The notes under the pieces: generated by a model
Databases searched by the model: none
What the model saw: the letters and a program-made list of their open reading frames with translations, nothing else
What the model was told of the DNA's origin: nothing
In this document: positions 1 to 17,408 of the stretch, piece after piece
How positions within the stretch are numbered: position 1 is the stretch's first letter
Layout: the number at the start of each line of letters is the position of its first letter
Translations under genes and position numbers: made by a program
DNA from: the human T2T-CHM13v2.0 reference genome, Homo sapiens
Reading direction: 5' to 3'
NCBI GenBank assembly: GCA_009914755.4
Contig: CP068257.2
Coordinates: 42,240,001 to 42,304,000 of the forward strand
DNA: 64,000 bases

Positions 1-188
1 GGGCTTTCTGTGCTGCCTCTTCGACCTCGTCCCTGTTTTCTGCTGTGCGGAGCATGGCCCTTTCCTAATCCGAAAGAGCCGCACAGTCCCTTCCAGTGCT
101 GCCTGTGGTCTCGCCCAGCTGGCTGTGCTATTGCGGGACATGGGGCCCAGCCTCCTGCTCCTTCAGAGGCCTGGGGTGGGTGAGGCTG

Positions 189-430
189 GGGTGCCCTGGT
201 GCTGGATGCAGGGGTGCTGTGGTGCTGAATGCTGGGGTGCCCTGGTGCTGGACGTTGGGTGCCCAGGCACTGGATGCTGGGGTGGCCTGGTGCTGGATGC
301 TGGGTGGCCTGGTGCTGGGTGGCCTGATGCTGGGTGCTGGGTGGTCTGGTGCTGGATGCTGGGTGGCCTGGTGCTGGGTGCTGGGTGGCCTGGTGCTGGG
401 TACTGGGTGCTCTGGTGGTGGATGCAGAGG
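189..430. repeat. GC-rich minisatellite. Units of about 10-21 bp of the form CTGGTGCTGG(A/G)TGCTGGGTGG, roughly 11 or more copies.
   Basis: The degenerate periodicity is visible directly. The ORFs 96..692 and 125..565 are translation artifacts of the repeat. Confidence 0.8.
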
Positions 431-962
431 CAGGGCTATCTGTGGGTCTGCCCTTGGGTGTGGGGCAAGCCAGGTCAGCATATTGCAAAGCACACGTTGG
501 GCTGCTGCTTGTGTAATTGTCTCCTTGTCTCTGCTCTCTCCCTTCTCCCACCTCACATGGGATAGATCGGAGTTAACAGTGATGCCTTTGTTTTTTGTCA
601 AAAGCATCATACTCATGCCCCGTGGCATTCTCTTTAAGGGAAGAGCTGGTTTTACTAAAGATGTGCTTCAATGCAGTGACGTGCGGTGCTGAGCAAGGCC
701 GGGAACCTGGCCCCTGACCTGTGTACACTGGCCGGCCGTGCTCCCCTCACCCTGCGGCTAGACCTCAAATGGCATCCCCACCTCCCTCAGCCAACTGCAG
801 CCCCTCTGGTAGCATGGAGCTCGCAGACGCTGGGTGCAGGAGGCCTGGGCCTGGGCCAGACGGGTTCCCTGCACAGCTGCTTTTGCGTCATTGATGCAGA
901 CGCGGAGACTCACTTCTCTGCTTCGTGTGTTCCTAGTTGGTCTCCAGTTCTTGAACAAATAA

Positions 963-1303
<341 letters not shown>

Positions 1304-1868
1304 TGCCAGTTTCTTATATAAGCTGATTTGGAGGAAGAAAAGGGCCTGTTGTTTGATGACTCTGTGGCCCCAGGCCCAGCCCTGTGGAAGCCTGGAGTAT
1401 ACGGCCGGGGTTTGTGGCACAGGCGAGGGGAGCCACAGGTGAAGGTGTGCAGGTGCGCAGGTGCGCAGGGCTCCTGTGGGTGAGGGCACCGTGGCTCAGG
1501 GATGGGTAAGCAGTGTTTTCAGGAGCACTGAGGAGCGGGCCAGTGCTGGCAAGGGGGTTCCTTGGCAGCAGCTGACAGGAGGGAAGGTTGCCCGGTCAGG
1601 GGCTCCAAATACAGGCAGGGGTTTTTGCAAAGCCGGGGCAGCGACATGGCAATCGTGATGCCATAGGAAGCCGAAGCCTGCAAAGGGCACAGCTGGGTGG
1701 ACGCAGCACCTGCGGCCAGAGACTGGTGGCTGAGCATGGGGGTGCCTGGCATGGAAACTTGCAGGGCTTGGAGCTGATGGTTAGGGGAGGGAGTCACCAA
1801 TATCACCTCTGCTCCTCCTGGCAGTCCCCCTGCTGTGCTATCAAATATTAGGTCTTTATACTAGATCT

Positions 1869-2950
<1,082 letters not shown>

Positions 2951-3195
2951 CCTAGGAACCTGGATTAGAGTCCAGGTTGAAACAGCAACTATCTCAGTGT
3001 TTCTGGGACAGCTGGGGAAATGCAAATGTAGGTTGACTAATAGATGATATCAGGGACTAAGGGTTAATTTTCTTAGTGTGCTAATTTTATTGTGATGATG
3101 AAGAAGGCCTTACTCTTAGCAGAGACACACTGAAATATTTGGGTATAAAGTGCTATGATGTCTGGAAGTAATGCTCAGGTGGTTGAGGAATAAAA

Positions 3196-3225
3196 GCGTG
3201 CGCACACGCACACACACACACACAA
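3196..3225. repeat. Short impure (CA)n run.
   Basis: The sequence GCACACGCACACACACACACACAA is visible. Confidence 0.6.
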
Positions 3226-3275
3226 CTGCGCTCTCCTCAAATGTTAATTCTAATATAGGTAGTTGTATACAGAGT

Positions 3276-3576
<301 letters not shown>

Positions 3577-3660
3577 TATACACGTTCTTGTTGTACTATT
3601 AATTCAACTTCTCTATACAAACTTTTCATTTAAAAAGTTGGAGAAAACATCGTGTTTTAG

Positions 3661-3962
3661 TTTTTTGTTTGTTTATTTTTGAGACAGAGTCTCACTCTTT
3701 CACCTGTATTGGAGTGCAGTGGCACAGTCGCAGCTCCCTGCAGCCTCAACCTCCCAGGCTCAAACGATCCTTCCACCTCAGCCTCCAAGTAGCTGGCACT
3801 ACAGGTGCACACCACCACACCCAGCTAATTTTTAATTTTTTTGTAGAGATGGGGTCTCAGTATATTGCCCAGGCTGGTCTCGAATTCCTGGGCTCAAGCA
3901 ATCCTCCTGTCTCAGCCTTCCAAAATGTTGGAATGACAGGCTTGCATCACTGCACCCAGCTT
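3661..3962 (-). mobile_element. Alu SINE, antisense, older AluJ-like.
   Basis: A diverged Alu reverse complement ending in CACTGCACCCAGC. Confidence 0.85.
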
Positions 3963-4039
3963 GGTTTTACTTTTTAACATTTGTAAGGCTTTACTCCACC
4001 TGGAATTGTTTTTGTGTAGGATATATATATATATGAAAG

Positions 4040-4190
4040 CTAATGTATGCTGGGCTTAATGCCTAGGTGATGGGATGGTCTATGCAGCAAACCACCGTGG
4101 CACACGTTTACCTGTGGAACAGACCTGCACATCCTGCACATGTACCCCGGAACTTAAAATAAAAGTTGAAGAAAAAAAGAAAGAAACCTT
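4040..4190 (+). mobile_element. L1 3'-terminal fragment, about 120 bp plus an A-rich tail.
   Basis: AATGCCTAGGTGATGGGATGG...GCAGCAAACCACCGTGGCACACGTTTACCTGTGGAACAGACCTGCACATCCTGCACATGTACCCCGGAACTTAAAATAAAA matches the L1 3' end. It is preceded by (TA)7 at 4021-4034. Confidence 0.7.
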
Positions 4191-4330
4191 AGCAGGGTAG
4201 CTAGATAAATGGTAAGGTCAATCAATATTCTTATATATCAGCAACAAACAGGTAGAAAATGAATTATTTAAATACCAGTTACAGTAGCATCCAAAATATG
4301 AAGTACCAGGAAAACATTAAACAGAACATG

Positions 4331-4620
<290 letters not shown>

Positions 4621-4699
4621 CAAAGTTTCTTATTGATTTTAAAAATCTTATCTGTACATTATTTCAGATTTTTAAACATTTATTTCTTTAACTTTTAGA

Positions 4700-5115
4700 T
4701 TTTGAAGTGCACAGTCATGTCATCTGTGAATAACAACAGATTTGTTTTCCTTTTCAGTCCTTAGATTTCTATTGACTTTTCTTGTCGTCCTGTGCTGGCA
4801 TCTCCAACAAGCATGGGACTGAGGTGATGAAGGCATGTTGGCGACAGAGGGTCCTCACCAAAGGGAAACCTTCCTTGTTACACTGCTAAGTGAAGTGGTT
4901 GTTGTGGGTTTTTTTTTTTTTTTAATGTTTTTTATCAAGTTGAGAAAATTCCCCTCCATTTCGCATTTGCCAGGAGGTTCTGGTTTTTGTTTTTAATCAC
5001 AATCATGATTGGATGTTGCCAGTTACAGTGAACTTGTGGCTTTCCCCTTTTGATTTGTTAATATCATGTTAAAAAGTCCCTGCATTCCTGGAATAAACCC
5101 AATTTAGCCATGATC
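4700..5115. mobile_element. Probable ancient L1 (L1M-like) ORF2-derived fragment.
   Basis: The segment CCTGCATTCCTGGAATAAACCCAATTTAGCCATGAT resembles the L1M motif CCTTGCATTCCTGGGATAAA(C/T)CCCACTTGGTCATG. The rest is too diverged to orient. Confidence 0.35.
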
Positions 5116-5271
5116 TTTTTCATAAATTACTGGATTAGTTAACTAATACAGGCACACCTTGGTGATATTGTGGGTTCCGTTCCGGACTTCGGCAATAAAA
5201 TAAATATCACGATAAAGTGAGGCACACACATTTTTTGATTTCCCAGTGCATACAGAAGTTAGGTTTATGCT

Positions 5272-5318
5272 GTGTACAGCCATGCCACCCTGAACGTGCC
5301 TGATCTCATCAGAAGTTA
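5272..5318 (+). other. 5S rRNA 5'-end-like segment, about 45 nt, embedded in the Tigger1 5' region as filler between 9-bp direct repeats.
   Basis: GTGTACAGCCATGCCACCCTGAACGTGCCTGATCTCATCAGAAGTTA aligns to 5S rRNA GTCTACGGCCATACCACCCTGAACGCGCCCGATCTCGTCTGATCTCGGAAGCTAA. It is flanked by CAGAAGTTA at 5253-5261 and 5310-5318. Confidence 0.45.
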
Positions 5319-5552
5319 TGTTTCTGCTATACTGTAGTCTGTTAAGTGTGCAATAGCATTGTGTCTAAAAAAAACAGTGTGCATGCCTTAATTAAAAAAT
5401 ACTTGATTGCTAAAAAATGCTAATGATCATCTGAGCCTTCAGTGAGTCTTCGTCTTTTTGCTAGTAGACGGGTCTGCTTCGACGTGAATGGCTGCTGAGC
5501 ACTCAGGGAGGTGGTTGCTGAAATGGGGTGGCCATTGCAATTTCCTACAATA

Positions 5553-5690
5553 TGACATTTTGGATCTGTGTCCCTAAAATCTGACATTTTGGATCCGTGT
5601 CCCTAAAATCTAACATTTTGGATCTGTGTCCCTAAAATATGACATTTTGGATCTGTGTCCCTAAAATCTGACATTTTGGATCTGTGTCCC
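5553..5690 (+). repeat. Tandem repeat of a 29-bp unit, TGACATTTTGGATCTGTGTCCCTAAAATC, about 4.7 copies.
   Basis: The copies lie at 5553, 5582, 5611, 5640 and 5669 with 1-2 substitutions each. The last copy runs straight into the LTR body. Confidence 0.9.
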
Positions 5691-5981
5691 TGTCTGAATC
5701 TCAGTTGAATTGTAATCCCCAGTGTTGGCAGTGGGGCCTGGTGGGAGGGGATCGGATCCTGGAGGTGGGTTCTCATAGTTTAACACCGTCCCCCTAGTGC
5801 TGTAACTGTGATAGAGTTGTCGTGAGATCTGGCTGTTTGAAAGTGTGTGGCCCCTCCCCCTCTGTCTTCCTGCTGCTCTGGCCCTGTGAGACCGCGCGTC
5901 TGCTTCCCGCTTTGCCTCCGTCATGATGGTAGACTTCCAGAGGTGTTCCCAGAAACTGAGCAGATGCCACCATGCTTCTGA

Positions 5982-6665
<684 letters not shown>

Positions 6666-6974
6666 GGTATTTGTTAATAGCAGTGTGAGAACAGACCAAT
6701 ACGGACAGCAATGAAGCTTGCCACATGGATGGACTCTCTTTTTCACAAGTTTTCTCTGTAGCACGTGATGTCATTTGATAGCATTTTACCCACAGTAGAA
6801 CTTCTTTCCAAATTGGAGTCACTCCTCTCAAACCCTGCAGCTGTTTTATCAATCAAGTTTATGTAACACTCTGGATCTTTGTTGTTATTTCCACAATGTT
6901 CACAGCATCTTCACTAGGAGTAGGTTCTACCTTAAGAAACCATTTGCTTTGCTCATCCATAAGAAGCAACTCCG

Positions 6975-7323
<349 letters not shown>

Positions 7324-7598
7324 TCACATCTTCAGACCCCACTAATAATTCTAGTTCTCTTGCTATTTCCACCACTTCTGCAGTGACTTCTTCTGCTGAA
7401 GTCTTGAACTCCTCAAAGTCATCCACGTAGCTTGGAATCAGCTTCTTCTAAACTATTAATGTTGATATTTTGACCCCCTCCCATGAATCATGCGTCTTCT
7501 TAATGGCATCTAGAATGGTGAATCCTTTCCGGAAGGTTTTCCATTTACTTTGCCCAGATCCATCAGAGGAATCACTATCCATGGCAGCTATATTCCTA

Positions 7599-7956
<358 letters not shown>

Positions 7957-8430
7957 TTACTCCTTGATCCATGGGCTGCAGAGTGGATGTCGTGTTACCA
8001 GGTATGAAAGCAACATTCATCTCCTTGTGCATCTCCCCCAGAGCTTTTGGGTGACCACGTGCATTGGCAATGAACAGTAATTTTTTGAAAGGAATCCTTT
8101 TTTCCTGAGCAGTAGGTCTCAACAGTGAGCTTAAAATATTCAGTAAACCATGCTGTAAGCAGGTGTGCTGTCATCCAGGCTTTGTTATTCCATCTCTAGA
8201 GCACAGGCAAAAGTAGATTTAGCATCATTCTTAAGGGCTCTAGGATTTTCGGAATAGTATATGAGCATTGGCTTCAACTTAAAGTCACCAGCTGCATTAG
8301 CCCCTAACAAGAAAGTCAGCCTGTCCCTTGAAGCTTTGAAGCCAGACATTGACTTCTCTCTAGTTGTGAAAGTCCTAGATGGCATCTTTTTCCAATATCA
8401 GGCTGTTTCGTCTACATCAATAATCTGTTG

Positions 8431-8734
<304 letters not shown>

Positions 8735-9879
8735 CTATTGTTGAGTGTGGCCACCTTCATCAGTGATCTTAGCTCCATCTGCAGATGACTTGCTGCAGCT
8801 TCTCCGTGGGCACCTACTGCTTCACCTGCACTTTTATGTGAAGAAGATGTGGCTTCTTTTCTTAAATCTCCTGAGCCAGCAGCCTCTGCTAGCTTCCAAC
8901 TTTTTCTCTGCAGCTTCCTCAACTGTCTCAACCTTCACAGAATTGAAGAGAGTAAGGGCCTTGCTAGGCACTAGGCTTTGGTTTAAGGGAATATTGAGGC
9001 TGGTTTGATCTTCTCTCCGGACCACTCGAACTTTCTCCATATCAGCAATAACGCTGTTTCATTTTCTTATCATTTGTGTGTTTACCTAAGTAGCACTTTT
9101 AATTTCCTCCAAGAACTTTTTCTTTGCATTCATCACTTGGCCAACTGTTTGGCCCAAGAGGCCCAGCTTTCGGCCTATCTCGGCTTTCACCACACCTTCC
9201 TCAGCAGGCTTAGTCACTTCTAGCTTTTGATGTAAAGTGAGAGCTGTGCAACTCATCCTTTTACTTGAACACTTACAGGCCATCAGAGGGTTATTAAGTG
9301 GCCTCATTTCAACACTGCTGTGTAACAGGGAATAGGGAGGCTGGAACAGAGGGAGAGAGATGGGAAGAGCCGCTCGGCCGAGCAGTTCAGAGCATGCACG
9401 ACCTTTTTCCACTCAGTTCCTCCTCTGATGGGGGCCCGGTTCACAGCACTGAAAACAATTATGGTAGGAACATCAAAGATCACTGACCACAGATCACTGT
9501 GACAGGTATAACAATCATGAAAAAGTTTGAACGATTGCGAAAATTACCAAAATGTGACACAGACGCCAGAAGTGAGCACTTGATGTTGGAAAAACGTGGC
9601 CGATAGACTTGCTGGATTCAGGGCTGCCACGAACCTTCACGCTGCAAAAACTCAGTATCTGGAAGTGCAGCGAAGCCAGGCACAGTGAACAAGCTTCCTT
9701 CCGGCTTCTGGCGTTCATGCTCGTGAGTGAGACTGCTCCGTAATTATCCTTTGCATCCTGTTTTTGTCAGGTTTTGGCAAAAAGATTATATTAGCTTCAA
9801 AATGCACTGGGCAGGGGCCAGGTATTTCTTTCTTTCTTTCTTTTTTTTTTTTTTTTAACTTCTCTAAAAGAGTTTATGG

Positions 9880-11031
<1,152 letters not shown>

Positions 11032-11178
11032 TGTTATCAGCATTTTACAATGTTCTAATGCAGTCCACACTTAAGGTTGCCACTCCCCTTAGGAACTGTT
11101 TAGGCTGCGTCAGCCTATATGTAGTGACAGGATTTTTTTTTTTTTTTTTTTTTACTATTTCATTCAACATATTTTTGA

Positions 11179-11827
<649 letters not shown>

Positions 11828-12049
11828 TGATAACTGTTTTTAACTTCTGAGCATACCAGGATTTTTGCAGATAACTTTTTGTTACTTTTTTTTCCCCTCG
11901 TTTAAGCGTCTGTGGGGTGAAGGAATCTGCTCTGCTTGATCTCTGTCTTCTGAAACTTTTTAGGACTTGCCTTATGGCCCAGCACACGGTCAGATTTTAA
12001 AATGTTCTGTGTGTCTTTGAACAGATTCTGTTCTGCAGTGGTAGGGGCA

Positions 12050-12566
12050 GCATTGTGTGTAGATTGATTGAATCAAGTTTATTCATCATGTTATTCAAAT
12101 CTTCTATACTAAGGGTCAGCAAACTACAGCCTATAGGCTAAGTCTGGCTAGCTACCTGCTTTTATAAAGTTTTGCTGGACCGCAGTCACACCATTTGTTT
12201 ATGTCTTGTCTACAGCTGTTTTTGCATTGTGGATTTGTCTATTTTGTCTAGCAGTTGTATCGAGTTTTGCTTTATATACTTGAGAGCTATGTTATTAGGT
12301 GATACAGACTTAAAATTTTATATCTTCCTTATGAATGAAGCGACTATTACTGTGAAATTATCTTCTTACCTTTTTAATGCTTTCTGCCTTTCAGACTTTG
12401 TCTGGAATTAATATAGCGGCACCAGCTGCCTTTTGTTTACTGTTTGCTTTGCATGTCTCTTTTATTTTTTTATTTTTAATTTTTCTGTATCTTTAAATCT
12501 GAAATGTATCTCTTGTAGACAGTGTATGATTGGAGGATCTTTTTTAAATTGAAGTTTGACAGTCCG
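12050..12566 (+). mobile_element. L1M-like 3'-end fragment.
   Basis: GGTCAGCAAACTACAGCCTATAGGCTAAGTCTGGCTAGCTACCTGCTTTTATAAAGTTTTGCTGGA and TTTCTGCCTTTCAGACTTTGTCTGGAATTAATATAGCGGCACCAGCTGCCTTTTGTTTACTGTTTGC resemble old L1 3' regions. Confidence 0.45.
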
Positions 12567-13785
12567 TTTTTTTTTTTTTTTTTTTTTTTTTCAGTATTTA
12601 TTGATCATTCTTGGGTGTTTCTTGGAGAGGGGGATGTGGCAGGGTCATAGGATAATAGTGGAGGGAAGGTCAGCAGATAAACATGTGAACAGAGGTCTCT
12701 GGTTTTCCTAGGCAGAGGACCCTGCGGCCTTCCGCAGTGTTTGTGTCCCTGGGTACTTGAGATTAGGGAGTGGTGATGACTCTTAAGGAGCATGCTGCCT
12801 TCAAGCGTCTGTTTAACAAAGCACATCTTGCACCGCCCTTAATCCATTTAACCCTGAGTGGACACAGCACATGTTTCAGAGAGCACGGGGTTGGGGGTAA
12901 GGTTATAGATTAACAGCATCCCAAGGCAGAAGAATTTTTCTTAGTACAGAACAAAATGGAGTCTCCTATGTCTACTTCTTTCTACACAGACACAGTAACA
13001 ATCTGATCCCTCTTTCTTTTCCCCACATTTCCCCCTTTTCTATTCGACAAAACCGCCGTCATCATCATGGCCTGTTCTCGATGGTCGCTGTCCCTTCGGA
13101 GCTGTTAGGCACACCTGCAGAAGGGTTCCCAGACAGGGCGGCCGGGCAGAGGCGCTCCTCACATCCCAGAGGGGGCGGCCGGGCAGAGGCGCTCCTCACA
13201 TCCCAGACGGGGCGGCCGGGCAGAGGGGCTCCTCACCTCCCAGAGGGGGCGGCCGGGCAGAGGCGCTCCTCACATCCCAGACGGGGCGGCCGGGCAGAGG
13301 GGCTCCTCCCATCCCAGAGGGGGCGGCTGGGCAGAGACGCTCCTCACTTCCTAGACGGGGTGGCAGCCGGGCAGAGGCTGTAATCTTAGCACTTTGGGAG
13401 GCCAAGGCAGGCGGCTAGGAGGTGGAGGTTGTAGCGAGCCGAGATCACGCCTCTGCACTCCAGCCTGGGCAACATTGAGTATTGAGTGAGCGAGACTCCG
13501 TCTGCAATCCCAGCACCTCGGGAGGCCGAGGCGGGCAGATCACTCGAGGTCAGGAGCTGGAGACCAGCCCGGTCAACACGGCGTCTCCACCAAAAATACA
13601 AAAACCAGTCAGGCATGGCGGCGCGCGCCTGCAATCCCAGGCACTCAGCAGGCTGAGGCAGGAGAATCAGGCAGGGAGGTTGCAGCGAGCTGAGATCAGG
13701 GCAGTACAGTCCAGCCTCGGTAACAGAGGGAGACCGAAAAAAGAAAGAAGAGGGGAGAGGGGAGAGGGAGAGCGACAGTTGGTTT
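12567..13785 (-). mobile_element. SVA composite retrotransposon. Read on the plus strand it shows poly-T, antisense SINE-R, VNTR, Alu-like region and (AGAGGG)n.
   Basis: A 25-nt T-run at 12567-12591 is followed by CAGTATTTATTGATCATTCTTGGGTGTTTCTTGGAGAGGGGGATGTGGCAGGGTCATAGGATAATAGTGGAGGGAAGGTCAGCAGATAAACA, which is the SINE-R reverse complement. Then come about 8 copies of the 37-bp VNTR unit GGCGGCCGGGCAGAGGCGCTCCTCACATCCCAGAGGG at 13086-13375, sense-Alu pieces at 13371-13745, and GAGGGGAGAGGGGAGAGGGAGAG at 13750-13782. Possible short TSD GACAGT. Confidence 0.9.
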
Positions 13786-14137
13786 TTTAAGTCTGACAAC
13801 TAAAAAAATTTAACTGGATCATTTATTTGGTTTACTTTAAATGTAGCTGCAGATATTTGCGTTGAAATATACCATCTTATATTTTGTTGATTTCTTGGTC
13901 TGTGCTGATGTTTTCCTTTCCTTCTCCTTTCTTGCTCTTTTTGAGTCAACTATTGATCCTTTCATTTTCTGCCCTCCACCAGTTTGGATGTTACAGACTC
14001 TGTTCTTTTACTGGTTTCCCCACAAGCACAACATTCTTATTAAACGAATCTACAATTAACCTGTACGTTTTACACTCGGGAATATCCAAGGACCTGCAAG
14101 CATCCTTACCTTCGTTAATGCCCCTTACAACTAATAG

Positions 14138-14449
<312 letters not shown>

Positions 14450-14508
14450 TGTGTATTTAAATTCTTTTTTACTTTTGAATATCACAAGACATTGCTGGAT
14501 TATTACTG

Positions 14509-14639
14509 TTTTTTTTTTTGTAGGTACAGGGTTTCACCATGTTGTTCACGCTGGTCTCAAATTCCTGAACTCAAGTGATCCTTGTGCCTTGGCCTCCCAA
14601 AGTGTTTGGATTATAGGCGTGAGCCACTCTGCCCGGCCT
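14509..14639 (-). mobile_element. Free left Alu monomer (FLAM-like), antisense.
   Basis: TTTTTTTTTTGTAGGTACAGGGTTTCACCATGTTGTTCACGCTGGTCTCAAATTCCTGAACTCAAGTGATCCTTGTGCC...GAGCCACTCTGCCCGGCC. Confidence 0.8.
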
Positions 14640-16652
14640 GATTACATTTTGTGTTAGATTTGCACACACTTGCCGCTCTCTTTCCTTTACGTTTTGCATC
14701 TCAGACTTCCCATCTGGGATCTCTTTTTCTCCTTGAAGTGCACGTACATGAGAAATTCCTCTGGTTAGAGTGTGCTGGTGGCGAACCCGCCCCTTGTGTT
14801 TGTCCGGAAGCACTAGTTTTCCCTGCCCCTTGGGGGATATGCTTGCTGGTTGCAGAACTCTTGGTTGGCAGTGCCGTTCTTTCAGCACTTTGATGTCAGC
14901 CTCTGCTTGGCGTCAGCATCTTTTTGTGTGAAGACATCCTTGTCAGGCCATCTCTCCTTTGAAGGTAGTCTCCCTTTTTTCTCAGGTTGCTTCTAAGATC
15001 AAAATTAAAAACCTTTGTGCTACAAAGGACACCATCAAGAAAGGACGACCACAGGAAGGGGGAAGATGTTTGTAAATCACAGATCCGGCCGGGGATGTGC
15101 ACCCAGAGCCTCTAAAGGTCTCTTAGAAGGTCTGAGCGATTCGTGACCGGATCCCCGGGACGCCCTTGCCCTTACCGAGTGCGTTGGGGAGGGCTGGCAG
15201 ACAGGGAGGAGGGAGCCCTGCTGCTTGGGCTGGCCGCGGTGAGCAGCGGCAGCGCTGTGGTTCTGGCTCTTGCCTTCCTGCCCTGAGCAGAGCACCCCTC
15301 CCATCTGCTCCCCACCGCTGAGGATCACTGGTCCCCCAGGAGGCTTCCCAGGCATCACCTCGTGTGTGTGTGTGCAGCAGCTGCCTCGGCCCCGGTTCTG
15401 TTGGGTGTTGAGAGGAGCTTGGGAGAACCCATGACTGGGAGTGGTAGAGATTCGTGACCCAGCCCCGGTGATGCTCTCTTGACCTGCCTAGGTCAAGAAG
15501 AAATTGGGAAGAGGCGATGAACTGAGAGGAGGAGTGTCTCAGGTGCTGTCAGTACATGGTCTGCCTTTGGAGCACCGCCTTCTTTTTGCTGATTAAGTGC
15601 AGGCTTGCCTTCTAGTTTAACGTGGGCAGGCAAATAGTCCTGCTATTGCATTCTGACATAGAAAATGTACTTTGAGTGAGATGTCTTCATGGAGAGTAAA
15701 TGATCTGGAGGTAGAAAGAAAAAGGCAAATGCTTTTGTTCTCTTCCAGAGACGGCTGTCAAGCTGGCTCTGCAAGTCAGGCCCTCTGCAGCTGAGGTTCC
15801 ACTTTAGACATAGGTCAGTGTGTCTTGGAGAGGGAACACCTGTGAGGTCCACTGGAGAAGCCCATTCTGGATGAGTGAAAACCTGGATTTAAAAATGCAA
15901 GATTCCAGCTTGCACTTCTAGCCATGGTGGAAGATACAGACCAAATTTCACAGCCTACCTTAATCAACCAGAAAGCCAAACAAAAGTGCATGAAGCCACA
16001 GGCTTCAGACACTGGTGGCAGGCCGTGTGGACAGTGACCAGAGAGGGGCATGAGGGAAGTGAGGCCTCAGTAGCCCAGCGTGTCACCTGCAGAGTCTCCA
16101 GCCACAGGGCAGGGAGGGGAACCAGGACCTGGTGGAGACAGAGTGTGGAGTTAAGGGGCTCCAGGAAGGCTGGAATGTACAAAGAAAAATATGGAAGAAG
16201 AGGGAGTTCCATAAAGAAACAGCTCTGGAGAGCTGAGGAGGGGCCTTCCAGTCTCTGAGAGCTGACCACAGGTGGCATGTGAATGCTGCCCAGGTGAGGG
16301 AAAGGGGCGTGGGAGAGCAGGGGTGGCACAGTCCCCGAGTTCACAGGGTGGGGTGAATCTGTGTGCTCAGTGGCCAGAGGGAGAGACTCACCACCCAAGG
16401 TTGTCCTACAAAGGTCCGCTCAGGACTCACCAAACAGAGCTTACGAGCGAGATCTGAAAAGATCAAACTGGTTCTAGGTTGACTGCTCCCAGAACAAAGC
16501 CCGGAGATGCAGGACAGCAGCAAACCCAGCGTCCAGTGCCAAGTTCACAGGCACCAAGTTCACAGTGCCCAGCAGCCAAGCAAAAGTGACTGCCATACAG
16601 AAAACCCAGAAGAAGAGGAAAATCAATGGTTGGAAACATCCAGGCTAGACAC

Positions 16653-16965
16653 TGTAGCCCCCACCTGCAATTCCAGCCCTTTGGGAGGCTGAGGCAGGAG
16701 GATCACTTGAGCCCAGGAGTTCAAGACCCTCTGGGGCCACATAGCGAGACCCTGTCTCTAAAAAGATATGTGTTCTTTTGTTTGTTTTAAGAAAATAATT
16801 AGCTGGGCATAGTGGTATGCACCTGTAGTGCCAGCTACTCAACGGCAGAGGCAGGAGGATCCCTTGAGCCTGGAGTTCGAGGCTGCAGTGAGCTATGATT
16901 ATGCCACTGTACTCTAGTCCAGGCAACAGAGTGAAACTCTGTTAAAAAAAAAAAAAAAAAAAGAG
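16653..16965 (+). mobile_element. Alu SINE, sense, AluJ-like, with a small internal insertion and a 5' truncation.
   Basis: CTGTAGCCCCCACCTGCAATTCCAGCCCTTTGGGAGGCTGAGGCAGGAGGATCACTTGAGCCCAGGAGTTCAAGACC runs through to TGTTAAAAAAAAAAAAAAAAAAAG. Confidence 0.85.
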
Positions 16966-17124
16966 AAGAGAAAAGAGAAGGGAAGGGAACTATATCTATC
17001 CAGATGATAGAGCTAGCAGGCAAGCATGTTAAGATGGCATTGATAAATATGTTCCACGTGTTCAATCAGGGCAAATATGATAAAAATAAAGAAAAAAATG
17101 GAAGATATAAAAAAAAGACCTAGG

Positions 17125-17408
17125 GCCGGGCGTCATGGCTCATACCTGTAATCCCAGCACTTCTGGAGGCTGAGATGTGAGGATTGTTTGAGCTCAGGAG
17201 ATCAAGACCACCCTGGACAACCCCATCTGTACAGAAAAGTACAAAAATTAGCTGGGCGTGGTGGTGCACACCTGTGGTCTCAGCTACTTAGGAGGCTGAG
17301 GTAGGAGGATGGCTTGAGCCCAGGAAGGTTGAGGCTGCAGTGAGCCATGATCATACCATTGCACTCCAGCCTGGGTGACAGCATGAGACTGTCTCAAAAA
17401 GAAAAAAG
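17125..17408 (+). mobile_element. Alu SINE, sense, AluJ-like, with a TSD, inside the L1.
   Basis: GGCCGGGCGTCATGGCTCATACCTGTAATCCCAGCACTTCTGGAGGCTGAG runs through to CTCAAAAAGAAAAAAG. TSD AAAAAAGACC on both sides. Confidence 0.9.

Noticed and set aside
5553-5690. Possible CRISPR-like array, five nearly identical 29-bp direct repeats.
   Set aside because: The units are immediately adjacent with no unique spacers. They lie inside a eukaryotic LTR, and the unit is the LTR terminus itself. This is a simple tandem amplification in primate DNA.
15100-15360. GC- and CpG-containing stretch that could be a CpG-island promoter.
   Set aside because: CpG density is modest, it is not clearly distinguished from the surrounding GC-rich background, and no adjacent exon or TATA/Inr signal was found. 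The evidence is insufficient to call a promoter.
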